Assembly: GCA_037441385.1 (NCBI GenBank)
Contig: JBBISH010000006.1
Coordinates: forward strand, 1-64,000
From: Myxococcales bacterium
Lineage (GTDB): Bacteria; Myxococcota_A; UBA9042
Reading direction: 5' to 3'
DNA length: 64,000 bases
This document shows, piece after piece, positions 49,969-59,562 of this stretch. Position 1 is the first letter of the stretch. Each line of letters opens with the position of its first letter. A program made the translations under genes and the position numbers. Below the pieces are notes generated by a model. It had not been told where the DNA came from, did no database searches, and was given only the letters and a program-made list of their open reading frames with translations.

Positions 49969-50760
49969 CTAGAAGTAGTAGCAGAAGCCCGCGCCCCCGG
50001 CGTAGCTGCCGGACGTGCCCAGCCAGGTCTCGCCGGCGGCCATGTGGCTGGTGATGGTGGTACTGGGGTACTCGGGCAGGCGTCCGCGCGCCAGGCCGAT
50101 GGCGATTTGGCCGTAGAACGAGGCGTTGTCGGTCAAGAAGGCCTCGCCAACCAGCGGGATCTCCACGCCCCAGCGCATGGCCGGACTGCTGACGATCGGT
50201 GTGGCGCTGGCCGAGGTCGACGCGCCCGCCGAAGAGACGTTGACGGTGGCTTCGGTCAGGGTTTGCGTCGTCGTCTGCAACCACGGGCGCAGGCCCAGCG
50301 ACAAGCTGGCGCGCGGACCATCGGCAATGCGGTACAGCATCCCCACGGCGACCCGCAAGTACGACAAGTCCAGCGTGGCGCTGCAGTTGGTGGTCGACGA
50401 CGCGGCGGCGCCGATCTCTTTGGCCGCGGTAAGGCAGCCTTGCGCGGCCTGCAGCGTGGGCGTGGCTTGTCCAGCCTTGGGCGGCAGCACTTGGCCGGCC
50501 TGCACCGACACGGGGTCCAAGTCGCGCTGCGTCGACTGCCAGCCAACCATCAGCTCAAAGGCCACCTTGGTGCGCCAATAGCGGATCACGGCGAGCGGCA
50601 TGCCCTGGCCGCTCAGCCCCATGCCGACACCGATTTTTCCTGTCATGTCGCGGGCAAAAGCGGTATTCGCCGCCAGCGTCGCCGCCACGGCCGCCAGCAC
50701 CGCGGACCACCGTCGCAGGCTCTGGCCGGTCACGACAAGGTTGGGGGGGCGTGCTAGCAT
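49969..50760 (-). CDS. Probable small outer-membrane beta-barrel protein
   Basis: Signal peptide (AFA-RD), GKIGVG, C-terminal GFCYYF. Confidence 0.55.
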   Translation of the reverse strand: MLARPPNLVVTGQSLRRWSAVLAAVAATLAANTAFARDMTGKIGVGMGLSGQGMPLAVIRYWRTKVAFELMVGWQSTQRDLDPVSVQAGQVLPPKAGQATPTLQAAQGCLTAAKEIGAAASSTTNCSATLDLSYLRVAVGMLYRIADGPRASLSLGLRPWLQTTTQTLTEATVNVSSAGASTSASATPIVSSPAMRWGVEIPLVGEAFLTDNASFYGQIAIGLARGRLPEYPSTTITSHMAAGETWLGTSGSYAGGAGFCYYF

Positions 50761-50766
50761 CGCGCC

Positions 50767-51441
50767 ATGGTGCCCAAACTGCCCCGTATCCTCAAGCGAG
50801 TGGCGACCGGACTGCGGCGGTTGGCCGCGCTGCGGTGGCTGATGCTGTGGCTGACGCTGGCCTGGGGGTTGGCGGTGGCGCTGCCGATGGCCCTGAACTA
50901 CCCAGAACACGGGCTGGATCGCCCGGCGGTCCTGTGGCTGGGCGCGGCCGGGCCGCTGGGGGCGCTGGTGGCGGGCCTGACGGCGCGGCCGTGGTCGGTC
51001 CTAGCGGCGTGGCTGCTGGGCGCGGTGCCGCCGCTGGTCGCCTGTCCGCCGCTCTTAGAGACTAGCGCTGACAAACCATGGACTTCGTTGCTGCTGGCGC
51101 TGGCGCTGCTGGGCGCCGTCGACTCGGCGCTGCGCCTGGAGACCCAGGGCGCCGCCGACCTGCCGCGCTTCTTGGGGCTGCCGGCTTCGCTGCGCTGGCG
51201 GGTGCTGGCCGGACTGGGGGTCGTGTGGCTGGCCCTGGCCTGGTGGTGGCACCCGCTGGGCGTGCCCTTGCCGGATGCCGCGCGGTCCGTCCGCGTGGCC
51301 GGTGTCGCCTTGTGCTGGTCGCTAGTGGCCGGCGTGCCCATGGTCGGCCCCATTTCAGCGCAACCGTGGAAGGCCTTGCTCTTGCGCCGCGGGGCGTGGC
51401 TGCTGCTGCTGGGCGGGCTCTTGCGCCTGTGGCTGGGCTAG
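50767..51441 (+). CDS. Hypothetical integral membrane protein
   Basis: Several Leu/Trp-rich hydrophobic segments. Confidence 0.55.
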   Translation: MVPKLPRILKRVATGLRRLAALRWLMLWLTLAWGLAVALPMALNYPEHGLDRPAVLWLGAAGPLGALVAGLTARPWSVLAAWLLGAVPPLVACPPLLETSADKPWTSLLLALALLGAVDSALRLETQGAADLPRFLGLPASLRWRVLAGLGVVWLALAWWWHPLGVPLPDAARSVRVAGVALCWSLVAGVPMVGPISAQPWKALLLRRGAWLLLLGGLLRLWLG

Positions 51442-51638
51442 CCCCAAATGGGGCGCAAGCGAGCGCCTGCAGCGACTCGCCGCCCCGAGTTCGAAGGTTT
51501 GGATGCGCGGAGAAATTTCAAATCGATAGGCCCTCGAGGGCCCCGATCGGGCGCGCGCGTGCAGAGGGCTTGTCGGCATGGCTGCCGCGCCGCACAATCA
51601 CCGCCTGGTGCGGCCGGCGGGTCGCAGCGAGGTAGGCG

Positions 51639-51863
51639 GTGGCGGCAGTGCGCGGTCCCGACAATTCACCGCAGCCCAGTGTGCCGTTGTCGCGGCAGTT
51701 GTTGGCGGGCGTGCTGGAGTTGGCGGCGTTGGCGCCGATGGTGTACGCGCTGGATGCGCTAGAGCGCCGCGACTATCTGGCGGGCGGGCTGCTCCTGCTG
51801 CTAACTTGGGTGCTCGCCCGCACGGGCCTGGACTTGCTCCACTCCGCGGAGACGCAAGGATGA
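51639..51863 (+). CDS. Small membrane protein (start may be GTG at 51681)
   Basis: Two hydrophobic segments; ATGA overlap with the next gene. Confidence 0.4.
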   Translation: MAAVRGPDNSPQPSVPLSRQLLAGVLELAALAPMVYALDALERRDYLAGGLLLLLTWVLARTGLDLLHSAETQG

Positions 51864-52921
51864 ACCGCCGCCCGACCGCCCTTGGCCTGCTGCTTGCGGG
51901 GCTGACCGCTTGCACGGCCGCGCCCGCGCCGACGGCGCTCGCGCCCAAGCCACCCGCTTTTGTTGCGCCCAAGCTGCCGATCGGCCCGCTGGCCCATGCC
52001 CCGTGGGTCGCGGCCCCGTGCACGCCGGGCGCGTTGCCGGCCGACGTGCTCGCTTGTGTCGGTGGCCGGCCGATTGCCCGCGCCGAGTTCGATCGCGCCT
52101 GGGCCCAGGCCGAGCCCGGCACCAGCAGCCGCGACCTGCTGCAAGCGATGATCGACGAAGAGCTTTTGGCGCAAGAGGCGGCGCGCAAGGGGCTGTGGGC
52201 CAACGCAGTGGTGCAGCAAACCCAGCGGCGCGCCATGGCTGGGCTGCAGCTCGACCGGGCGATGGCCAAAGTGACGCCCGAGAGCATTGCCCCGGCCGAT
52301 CTGCAAAAGGCCTATCGTTTTCCGCAGATCATCGTCCGCTACGACCACGTCGACGCCTACTTCGTCATCGACGGCCAAATGCTGTGCTGCACGGGCGATT
52401 TCAAGCAGTGTTCGCAACGCGACGACGTGCGCGCCTGTATCGACGAGACGGCGCCCAAAGCCCAGGCCGTGTATGCGCATTTGCTGGCGGATCCGCCACA
52501 GACGCCCGCCGAGATGTTTGCGCGCCTGAAGGTCCTGGGCGAGACCCGCCCCGAGCTGGGCGCGGCCAACGTGCAATTCTACTACGACAAGTCCAAGCCG
52601 TACCGCGAGCAGAAGGGCTACGACGTGATGATTCAAGAGTTTGCCGAGGCGGTGGTGCAGATGCAGCCCGGCCAGCTCCACGAGCCGATCCGTTCCGCTT
52701 TTGGCTGGCACATTCCCTATCTAGAGCGGATCGATCCGGCTGTGCACAAACCCTGGAACGACCCCGACGTGCGCGCCGAGATCAGCGCCAACATCCTGAC
52801 GCCGATTCGCGAGCGCGAGGCGCAGCGCTACGTGTTCGAGCTGCACCGCCAGCAAGGGGTCGAGATCTTTTTCGATGTGCTGGATCCGCCGGCATCGGGC
52901 GAAGCCGCCGAAGAACCTTAG
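51860..52921 (+). CDS. PpiC/SurA-like foldase lipoprotein
   Basis: LTAC lipobox; VLACVGGRPI, LQAMIDEELLAQEA, EFAEAV..M.PG...EPIRSAFGWHI. Confidence 0.7.
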   Translation: MNRRPTALGLLLAGLTACTAAPAPTALAPKPPAFVAPKLPIGPLAHAPWVAAPCTPGALPADVLACVGGRPIARAEFDRAWAQAEPGTSSRDLLQAMIDEELLAQEAARKGLWANAVVQQTQRRAMAGLQLDRAMAKVTPESIAPADLQKAYRFPQIIVRYDHVDAYFVIDGQMLCCTGDFKQCSQRDDVRACIDETAPKAQAVYAHLLADPPQTPAEMFARLKVLGETRPELGAANVQFYYDKSKPYREQKGYDVMIQEFAEAVVQMQPGQLHEPIRSAFGWHIPYLERIDPAVHKPWNDPDVRAEISANILTPIREREAQRYVFELHRQQGVEIFFDVLDPPASGEAAEEP

Positions 52922-53970
52922 GATTTTGCCGAGGTTGGCCCGCCCTGCCACACCGGCTGATCCAGCCCAGGCAGCTTGGCGTCGTCGCCATACAGGCCCT
53001 TGGCGACTTCGGCCAGATCCGCAGGCCAGTCCAGCACAAAGCGCAGCATCGCCCCGGTGCGCGGGTGGCGAAAACCCAGCGCATAGGCGTGCAGGGCCTG
53101 CCGCTGGATCTTGGCCAGCCAGGGCAGGTCGCGCGCCGTTCGCTCGGTGCGGGCATGGCTGCGCTGGCCGCCGTACAGGGCGTCGCCAGCGATCGGGTGG
53201 CCCATCTCGGCCAGATGCATCCGGATCTGGTGCGTACGGCCGGTCTCTAGCGTGCACACCACCAGGGTGGTCAGCGGCGAGCGCGCCAGCACCGTAAAGT
53301 GGCTGACCGCCGCCTTGCCTTCTTTGACCCGGCCCGAAAACTTCTTGCGATCGACCGGATGGCGGCCGTGCAGGGTCCGCAGCGTCAGCTGCGCCTGGGG
53401 CAGATTCCCCAGCGCGATCGCCACGTAGCGCCGCTCTAGCCGGTGCGCGGCAAAGTCCGCCGCCAGCTTTTGCATCGAACGTTCGTTTTTGGACACCACC
53501 AGCAGGCCCGAGGTGTCCTTGTCGATGCGGTGCACCAGCCCCGGCCGCACCTCCACGCCGCCCAGCCCCTGCATCTGCGGCGCGTGGTGCAGCAGCGCGT
53601 TGACCAGGGTGCCCGATTCGTGGCCCGCCGCCGGGTGCACCACCAGCCCGGCCGGCTTGTCCAGCACCAGCAAGTCCTCGTCTTCGTACAGGATCGTCAG
53701 CGGCAGCGCCTCGGGCTCGGCCGAGAGCTCTGGACGCGGCTGCACCGCCACCTGCAGCACCATGGTCTTGTGGACGAGCAGGCTGGGCTTCAGCTTGGCG
53801 TTCTTGGGGCCTTGCACCCACGTCACGTGGCCGTCGGTCAAGTGATCGGTGGCACGGGCGCGGCTCATGCCCTCGATGCGGGCCACCAGCCAGGCGTCCA
53901 GGCGCATCCCCGACTCGTGCGGCGCCACGGCCAGCACCAACGGCTCGGGCAGATCGTGAGGGTGCGTCAC
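52918..53970 (-). CDS. rluD: RluA-family (RluD-like) 23S rRNA pseudouridine synthase
   Basis: RLDAWL, DKPAGLVVHP, VHRIDKDTSG, LETGRTHQIR.H, GDALYG, RQALHA. Confidence 0.9.
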   Translation of the reverse strand: MTHPHDLPEPLVLAVAPHESGMRLDAWLVARIEGMSRARATDHLTDGHVTWVQGPKNAKLKPSLLVHKTMVLQVAVQPRPELSAEPEALPLTILYEDEDLLVLDKPAGLVVHPAAGHESGTLVNALLHHAPQMQGLGGVEVRPGLVHRIDKDTSGLLVVSKNERSMQKLAADFAAHRLERRYVAIALGNLPQAQLTLRTLHGRHPVDRKKFSGRVKEGKAAVSHFTVLARSPLTTLVVCTLETGRTHQIRMHLAEMGHPIAGDALYGGQRSHARTERTARDLPWLAKIQRQALHAYALGFRHPRTGAMLRFVLDWPADLAEVAKGLYGDDAKLPGLDQPVWQGGPTSAKS

Positions 53971-53974
53971 GCGA

Positions 53975-56644
53975 TCACTCTTGTGGGGCGGGCGCAGGTT
54001 CCGCAGGCGCTGCCGCTGGTTCGGCGTACCAGGTCTGGGCGGCGGCGATCACCTTGGCCAGCCCGACCGGATCGGCCTTGCTGATCGTCTTCAGATCCTC
54101 GATCTCGCGGATGAGCTCGGCCTTCTCTTTGCGATCCAGGCGCACGGCCTCCCAGCCCTCGTGAATGGCTTGATCGAACTTGCCATTGGCCGCCAGGACC
54201 ACGGAGTAGGCGCGCTTGAGGTCGGCGTGATCGGTGCCCGCCAGCTCGGCGGCGCTCTGGGCCCAGGGCAACGCCTTGTCGAACTGCCCCAACTTGCGCA
54301 GGCCGTCCGAAATTTCCGCAGCCCGCTCGCGGCGTTCCTTGCGCTTGGCCTCTTCGCCGCGGCCGTCGTTGGGGATGCCCAGCGCGTCCAAGATCTGCAG
54401 CCACTCGGTGTACTCCTTCCACTTTTGCAGCTTCTTGGCCGACTTGATGCCGTGGTTCAGCGAGGTCTTGTAGGCGCCGACCAACTGCCCGCCGTCGTCG
54501 CTGGGCCAATTGCCCGAGGCGCGGTAGGCCTGGTACCCCGGCACTTGCTTAGCCACCAGTTCCAGCACCTTGGCCTCGCCGTCGTGGGCCATCAGGTGTC
54601 CCAGCCGCACGTTCAAGGCGATCAGTTCGTCGGGCTTGAGCTCCAGCGACCGGTCCACTGCCTCGTCCATGTTCTTGGTGTCGCCGATGCGCGCCGAGAA
54701 CATCGCGACATTCACCCAGGCATTCAACAGGTTGGGATACAGCGCCAGCGAGCGGTGCAGGCTGTCGATCGCCTCCTTGGTGCGGCCCAGCGAATTGAGG
54801 CACAGCGCCTCGATGAAGTGGTTCTGGAAGTCGTCGGGATTGAGGGCGATCGCCTTGCGGATCTCGATCAACCCTTCGCCAGCGCGACCGGGCTGCTTCT
54901 GCAGGTTGCGGGCGTCGGTAAAGCCGTGCTCGGCGATCATCCAGCGCTCGTGCAGCCCCACATAGCCGCCAAACCCTTGCAGATACACCATGGTGAACAA
55001 GGCCGCGCCGATGAGCCCACTCGACTGGGCGCTGGTCCAGCGGCGCTGCGCGTCCGGCTCCTTGGGGCTCAGCAGGCCGTCGGCCGCGGCGATGATGCCC
55101 AGCTGCACACAGAACAAGAACGTGGGCATCGGCAGCTGCAGCGGGAACGAGGCCATCGCGTCGCCGCAGATCCCCACGATGCCCATCAGCGAGCCGATCG
55201 CCGCAAAGGCGAGCGTCGCCGCGCCGCCCGGATCGTCTTGATTGTTCGAGGCCTTGCGCACCACCCGCAGCGTGGTCCAGGTCGCCAGACCCAGCAGCGC
55301 CAGCAGCGCCAGCAAGCCCTGGAAGCCGTACTCCGAGCCAAACATCAAGAAGTCGTTGTGGGCGCGGATCGGCTGCTTGGCGATGGTGAACATCTCGTTC
55401 TTTTCGCGCTGCAGCAGGTAAGTGGGGAACAGCACGCGCCAATTGCCGGCGCCGCCGCCCAGGGGCTCGTGCTTCATCGCGTTCCACGACGCGGCCAACA
55501 TCGAGCCGCGCCAGCGGTAGGCGCTGGACTCGAAGTCAAAGAACGACTTGAGCAATTCGGGCACCGACTTGGTGCGCTTTTGATCGCCTTCTTCCACGCG
55601 CTCGGCGGCCGGCTTCTTGGCGTCGGCGATCGCGGCGATCCCGCCGTTCAGCGCCACCACCAGGGCGATCGGCACCATCACCGCCTTGGCCGAGCGCCCG
55701 AACAGGCCGATCGGCGCGCGCGCCGGGGGCGTCTCGCCCAATTCGCCACTCGTGGTCTGCTTGGCGTCGCGCTTGGCCCACAGCACGCCGGTCAGCCACA
55801 GCGCCGCGGCCACCCCGATGCCGGCGATCGCCCCGGCCCAAGCCGAGCGCGTCACCGTGAGCATCAGGTAATACAGAAGCAGATCCAGGGTGATCGACAT
55901 CGAGACCATCAGCAGCAGCCCGGTCAGGCGCTTGCCGTGGGCAAAGGCGCGCAGGCCAACGGCCATGCCGACGTAGGCAAACGGCACCACCGCGACCACG
56001 ACCTCGGCCGCCATGTTGCGGTTGCCAAAGGTCGAGCCCGGTTTGCTGATGATTGTCCAACGTTTTTCGGGCAGCAGGCTGGCGATGCTGTGCTGCTCGC
56101 CGATGCCGATCAGCGCCACGATCAGGCCGCCGATGAGCAGGCCGCCGATCAGGTACGCCAAGTGCCGTGGTCGCCGCACGCCTACCACCGTCACCCAAAA
56201 CACCGCCGCCGCGGCCAGCCAGCGGTGCACGTCGTAGCGCGCAAAAATCGACAGGATGCCGCCGGTGTGCGACGGCGCCAGCGCCAGCGAGAACAAGATC
56301 GACGCGATCAGCGCGAAGCCGGCCCACACCATCGGCGTGATCCGGAAGCGCAGTGGCCGCCCCATCGCCGCCAGCACGCCGGCCAGACCGACCAGCAAGG
56401 TGGCGCCGGTAGCCAAGTACAACTGCTTGGGAAGCTGGAATAAATCGCGGATGCCCGGCTCGACGGCTCGCGCCATGACCATCGCCAGCAGGCCGATTCC
56501 CAGGGGCAACAGGTCGTCCAGGGGCGAGTCGTCGCTCGCCTCGTGATCCGCGCCCGCGCGCGGCTTGGCTTGCGCCGGGGCGGCCGTATCGGGCGCAGCG
56601 TCGGCACGGATCACTTCAATTTGCTTGCGATTCTTCTTGGACAC
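53975..56644 (-). CDS. O-antigen ligase (Wzy_C)-family membrane protein with C-terminal TPRs
   Basis: STFGNRN, TRSAW, PLGGGAGNW, RAHNDFL; TPR-like C-terminus. Likely start is GTG at 56644. Confidence 0.8.
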   Translation of the reverse strand: MSKKNRKQIEVIRADAAPDTAAPAQAKPRAGADHEASDDSPLDDLLPLGIGLLAMVMARAVEPGIRDLFQLPKQLYLATGATLLVGLAGVLAAMGRPLRFRITPMVWAGFALIASILFSLALAPSHTGGILSIFARYDVHRWLAAAAVFWVTVVGVRRPRHLAYLIGGLLIGGLIVALIGIGEQHSIASLLPEKRWTIISKPGSTFGNRNMAAEVVVAVVPFAYVGMAVGLRAFAHGKRLTGLLLMVSMSITLDLLLYYLMLTVTRSAWAGAIAGIGVAAALWLTGVLWAKRDAKQTTSGELGETPPARAPIGLFGRSAKAVMVPIALVVALNGGIAAIADAKKPAAERVEEGDQKRTKSVPELLKSFFDFESSAYRWRGSMLAASWNAMKHEPLGGGAGNWRVLFPTYLLQREKNEMFTIAKQPIRAHNDFLMFGSEYGFQGLLALLALLGLATWTTLRVVRKASNNQDDPGGAATLAFAAIGSLMGIVGICGDAMASFPLQLPMPTFLFCVQLGIIAAADGLLSPKEPDAQRRWTSAQSSGLIGAALFTMVYLQGFGGYVGLHERWMIAEHGFTDARNLQKQPGRAGEGLIEIRKAIALNPDDFQNHFIEALCLNSLGRTKEAIDSLHRSLALYPNLLNAWVNVAMFSARIGDTKNMDEAVDRSLELKPDELIALNVRLGHLMAHDGEAKVLELVAKQVPGYQAYRASGNWPSDDGGQLVGAYKTSLNHGIKSAKKLQKWKEYTEWLQILDALGIPNDGRGEEAKRKERRERAAEISDGLRKLGQFDKALPWAQSAAELAGTDHADLKRAYSVVLAANGKFDQAIHEGWEAVRLDRKEKAELIREIEDLKTISKADPVGLAKVIAAAQTWYAEPAAAPAEPAPAPQE

Positions 56645-56909
56645 CCCTGCCTCCGACGCCCGTAGCGGGCGGTAGCCCGCCGCAAAAAACGGGCAAGAGT
56701 ATAGATCATTTTCGCCGCCGTGTAGATCGCCGCCGACGTTCTGATGTGGGCGCTGCAAAATTGCAGAGTTAGGTCCTGCCGGCCAACTATTTTTGCGGCA
56801 GACGAAAAAAGTTGCGCCGGAGCCGCGGCAAAAGTCGCGCTCGCATCGATCAACAAGATGACGCGGACGAACCGCGCGCCACCACCCCAAGCCCCGCAGG
56901 AGCCCAACC

Positions 56910-57293
56910 ATGCTTTTGACGACCCCGACCGCGACCTTGGCCCCCGACCTGGACCCCAGTGTGGAGTTGCACTTGGACCATGCCGCAGACCCGCACCACT
57001 GGCACTGCGCGCCGCCGCAACTGCATCGCGAATTGGATCGCTTGGAGCACCTGCTGGTCGTGGCCCGCCAGCACCCGCGGTTGTGGCAGCAAGCGATTGC
57101 GGGGCGGGAACAGCCGCTCGCCCTGTGGCTGTTCGGCGTGGCGCTGGGCGTGGCGCAGTGGGGTTGCGGCGATACCGCGTTGCTGCTGCTAGAGGCGCTG
57201 CCGGGAGTGCCCGGCGCGGCCGGCGGTCGCGGCGAACTACTGCGCGAAATCCTGGATTGCGACAATACTTGTGCGGAATTGCGGGCAGCTTAG
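56910..57293 (+). CDS. Hypothetical protein
   Basis: AGGAG RBS; plausible ORF upstream of the sigma54 activator. Confidence 0.45.
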   Translation: MLLTTPTATLAPDLDPSVELHLDHAADPHHWHCAPPQLHRELDRLEHLLVVARQHPRLWQQAIAGREQPLALWLFGVALGVAQWGCGDTALLLLEALPGVPGAAGGRGELLREILDCDNTCAELRAA

Positions 57294-57407
57294 GCCGGCC
57301 TTGGTCCGGCCGGGAAGCGAACACCGGCCCTCTTTGCTTGCGGCGTAGGCAAGCACTCCAGACTCCCTCCCTGCGGGCGGCGCCGCCCGCCCTTGCTCAA
57401 GGAAGCC

Positions 57408-58649
57408 ATGAACATGCAAACGAATCATTCGGGTTTTGCCGTCTTGCTGCCCACGGCCCAAGGCTGGCGGGCCGTGCCCGTGGCTCAAAAGCTGGTGGTG
57501 GGCTCGGCTTGCGTGCCCGGCTTGGTCGACGTGGCGGAGGTCGCCCCGCAACACTGTGTTTTTGAAGCCATCGGCGCCAAGCTGCTGGTGCGCGACGCCG
57601 GACCGGGCACCACTCGTGTCGACGATGTCGACGCCAGCTGCCGGGCCGTGCCCGTCCAAGCCGGCGCGGTGGTTCGCCTGGGCCGGGTACCCCTGGTAGT
57701 GGTCCAGCAACGCCGCGACCCCAACGGGTGGTGGTGCGGTGTCGGCGACCTGGGCTCGTGGTCGGCCAGCATGTGGCCCGTTCTGGCCCAACTGGCGCTG
57801 CTGGCGCCCGCGACGTGTCCGGTCCTCCTGCGCGGCGAGACGGGCACCGGCAAGGAAGTTGCCGCGCGGGCGTTGCACCAGCTTTCGGCGCGCGCCCATC
57901 GGCCGCTGGTGGCCGTCAACTGTGGAGCCTTGCACGGGGATTTGCTGCTGGCCGAGCTGTTCGGCGCCGAGCGTGGCGCCTACACCGGCTGCACAGAGCG
58001 GCGCAAAGGGGCCTTTGAGCGCGCCGACGGCGGGACACTGTTCCTGGACGAATTGGGCGAGTTGCCGGCCACGGCCCAGGCGGCGCTGCTGCGCGCGCTG
58101 GAATCGGGCGAGATCCAGGTCCTGGGCGGGGCGACGCGCAAGGTCGACGTCCGGCTGATTTGCGCCACCCACCGCGACCTGCCGGCGCTGGTTGCTATGC
58201 AACGTTTCCGCCTGGACCTGCTGCACCGCATCCACGTGGCCGAGCTGGCGCTGCCGGCGCTGCGCGATCGCCGCAACGACGTGGCCGGTCTGGCGCACCT
58301 CTGGTGGCCCGACGCGGAGTTGAGCGAGGCGCTGCTCGCCGCCCTGGCCGGCTACGCATTTCCGGGCAATCTCAGGGAATTGCGCAACGTCCTGCAGCGC
58401 TTGCAGCTGGTGGCGCGCTTTGGCGTGCCCGACCTGGGCGACTTGGCCACGGTCCTCGGCCCGGCGCGGCTGGGTGGCCCGGGGCGCGATGCGGCGGGTC
58501 AGACCTCGGCGCTGTTGGCCAGCCCCGGCGAGCTCGACTTCGAGCAACTGCGCGCCGCGGGGTTGTCGGCGCAGCAGGTGTGGCGGGCCAGTGGGCTGCC
58601 GCGCGCGACGTTTTACCGACGTTGGCGGCAGGCCAAGCAGGCTGCGTGA
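57408..58649 (+). CDS. sigma54-dependent transcriptional activator with degenerate FHA-like N-terminus
   Basis: GETGTGKE, VNCGAL, ELFG..RGAYTGC, LFLDELGEL, FPGNLREL, HTH GLPRATFYRR. Confidence 0.85.
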   Translation: MNMQTNHSGFAVLLPTAQGWRAVPVAQKLVVGSACVPGLVDVAEVAPQHCVFEAIGAKLLVRDAGPGTTRVDDVDASCRAVPVQAGAVVRLGRVPLVVVQQRRDPNGWWCGVGDLGSWSASMWPVLAQLALLAPATCPVLLRGETGTGKEVAARALHQLSARAHRPLVAVNCGALHGDLLLAELFGAERGAYTGCTERRKGAFERADGGTLFLDELGELPATAQAALLRALESGEIQVLGGATRKVDVRLICATHRDLPALVAMQRFRLDLLHRIHVAELALPALRDRRNDVAGLAHLWWPDAELSEALLAALAGYAFPGNLRELRNVLQRLQLVARFGVPDLGDLATVLGPARLGGPGRDAAGQTSALLASPGELDFEQLRAAGLSAQQVWRASGLPRATFYRRWRQAKQAA

Positions 58650-58778
58650 TGAGCGCCAGGCGATGCCCCGGTTGGGCTTGGATTGGCGGCCAATTCGGGT
58701 TGCGCGGGCGATTTTGTTGACAGGCGCCGTGATCGGCCTTCCTCTAACCGCAGCGCCGGTGCGCGCTGAACTGAGTTC

Positions 58779-59471
58779 ATGCCGATGTTCCCCTCTTGCC
58801 GTCTTGGTCCTTTTGCGGTCGTTCTGGCCGTCGCCGCGGGGCTGGCGCTTGAAGCACAAGCCGCTGAGCCGTCCGTATGGGGGGCAACGCCGCTGGATCA
58901 GGGGCAATGGGGCGTGTGGGGCACGCTCGGCGCTCCCGATGTCGAGGGCGGCGCGCGTTTTGGTCTGTCCAGCGTCGCCGACGTGGGGGCTCGCCTGCGC
59001 TTGTCGGGCGGGACGGGCGCGACCATGGGCGGCTTTGGCGTGACCATGAGCGGACTTACGCGGCTGCGGCTAGCGCGGCTGGGCGATTGGGAGGTGGCGC
59101 TGCAGGCCGAGCCGGGCCTCAACATCCACGGCTCGGCGCAGCATTGGGCGCCCCTGGTCAAAGCCAAGGCCGACAAAGCGGCCAATCTTGTCGCTTTGGA
59201 TCTTGGTCTGCCTGCCGTGACGGCCTCGACCTGGCTCACCCCTTCGCTGCTGCTGGCCGTGGGGCTGGCCGCGCCGCTGCGCGTCTACGTGTTGCCCGAG
59301 GCCACGTTGGAGGTGCCGGTGCTGCTGCAGGTGGCGACCGAGGCGAAGGTCTCTGGCCATTGGTCGGCCCTGGCCGGCGGCGAATTGGGCGGCAATTTCT
59401 ATGGTCCCGGCGCGGGCGCGGCGACCGCCGACTGGTCGTGGCGGCTGCGCTTGGGGCTGGGCTGGCGCTGA
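58779..59471 (+). CDS. Hypothetical exported, beta-barrel-like protein
   Basis: Signal peptide (AQA-AE); C-terminal RLGLGWR. Confidence 0.55.
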   Translation: MPMFPSCRLGPFAVVLAVAAGLALEAQAAEPSVWGATPLDQGQWGVWGTLGAPDVEGGARFGLSSVADVGARLRLSGGTGATMGGFGVTMSGLTRLRLARLGDWEVALQAEPGLNIHGSAQHWAPLVKAKADKAANLVALDLGLPAVTASTWLTPSLLLAVGLAAPLRVYVLPEATLEVPVLLQVATEAKVSGHWSALAGGELGGNFYGPGAGAATADWSWRLRLGLGWR

Positions 59472-59562
59472 CCGCAAGCTGGCGGGCAGGCGCAAAACGT
59501 GCGGCGCGGCTTGACTTTTTGACCCAGGATGGTAGAACGCCGCGGCTTTTGGGTACCGCGCC

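Noticed and set aside
51529..51542. Perfect 14-bp palindrome GGCCCTCGAGGGCC
   Set aside because: Single occurrence, no U-tract or other support; cannot assign a function.
56645..57265. 207-aa N-terminal extension of the O-antigen ligase ORF
   Set aside because: Non-protein-like composition; it crosses a promoter-like AT-rich region and an opposite-strand ORF with a good RBS.
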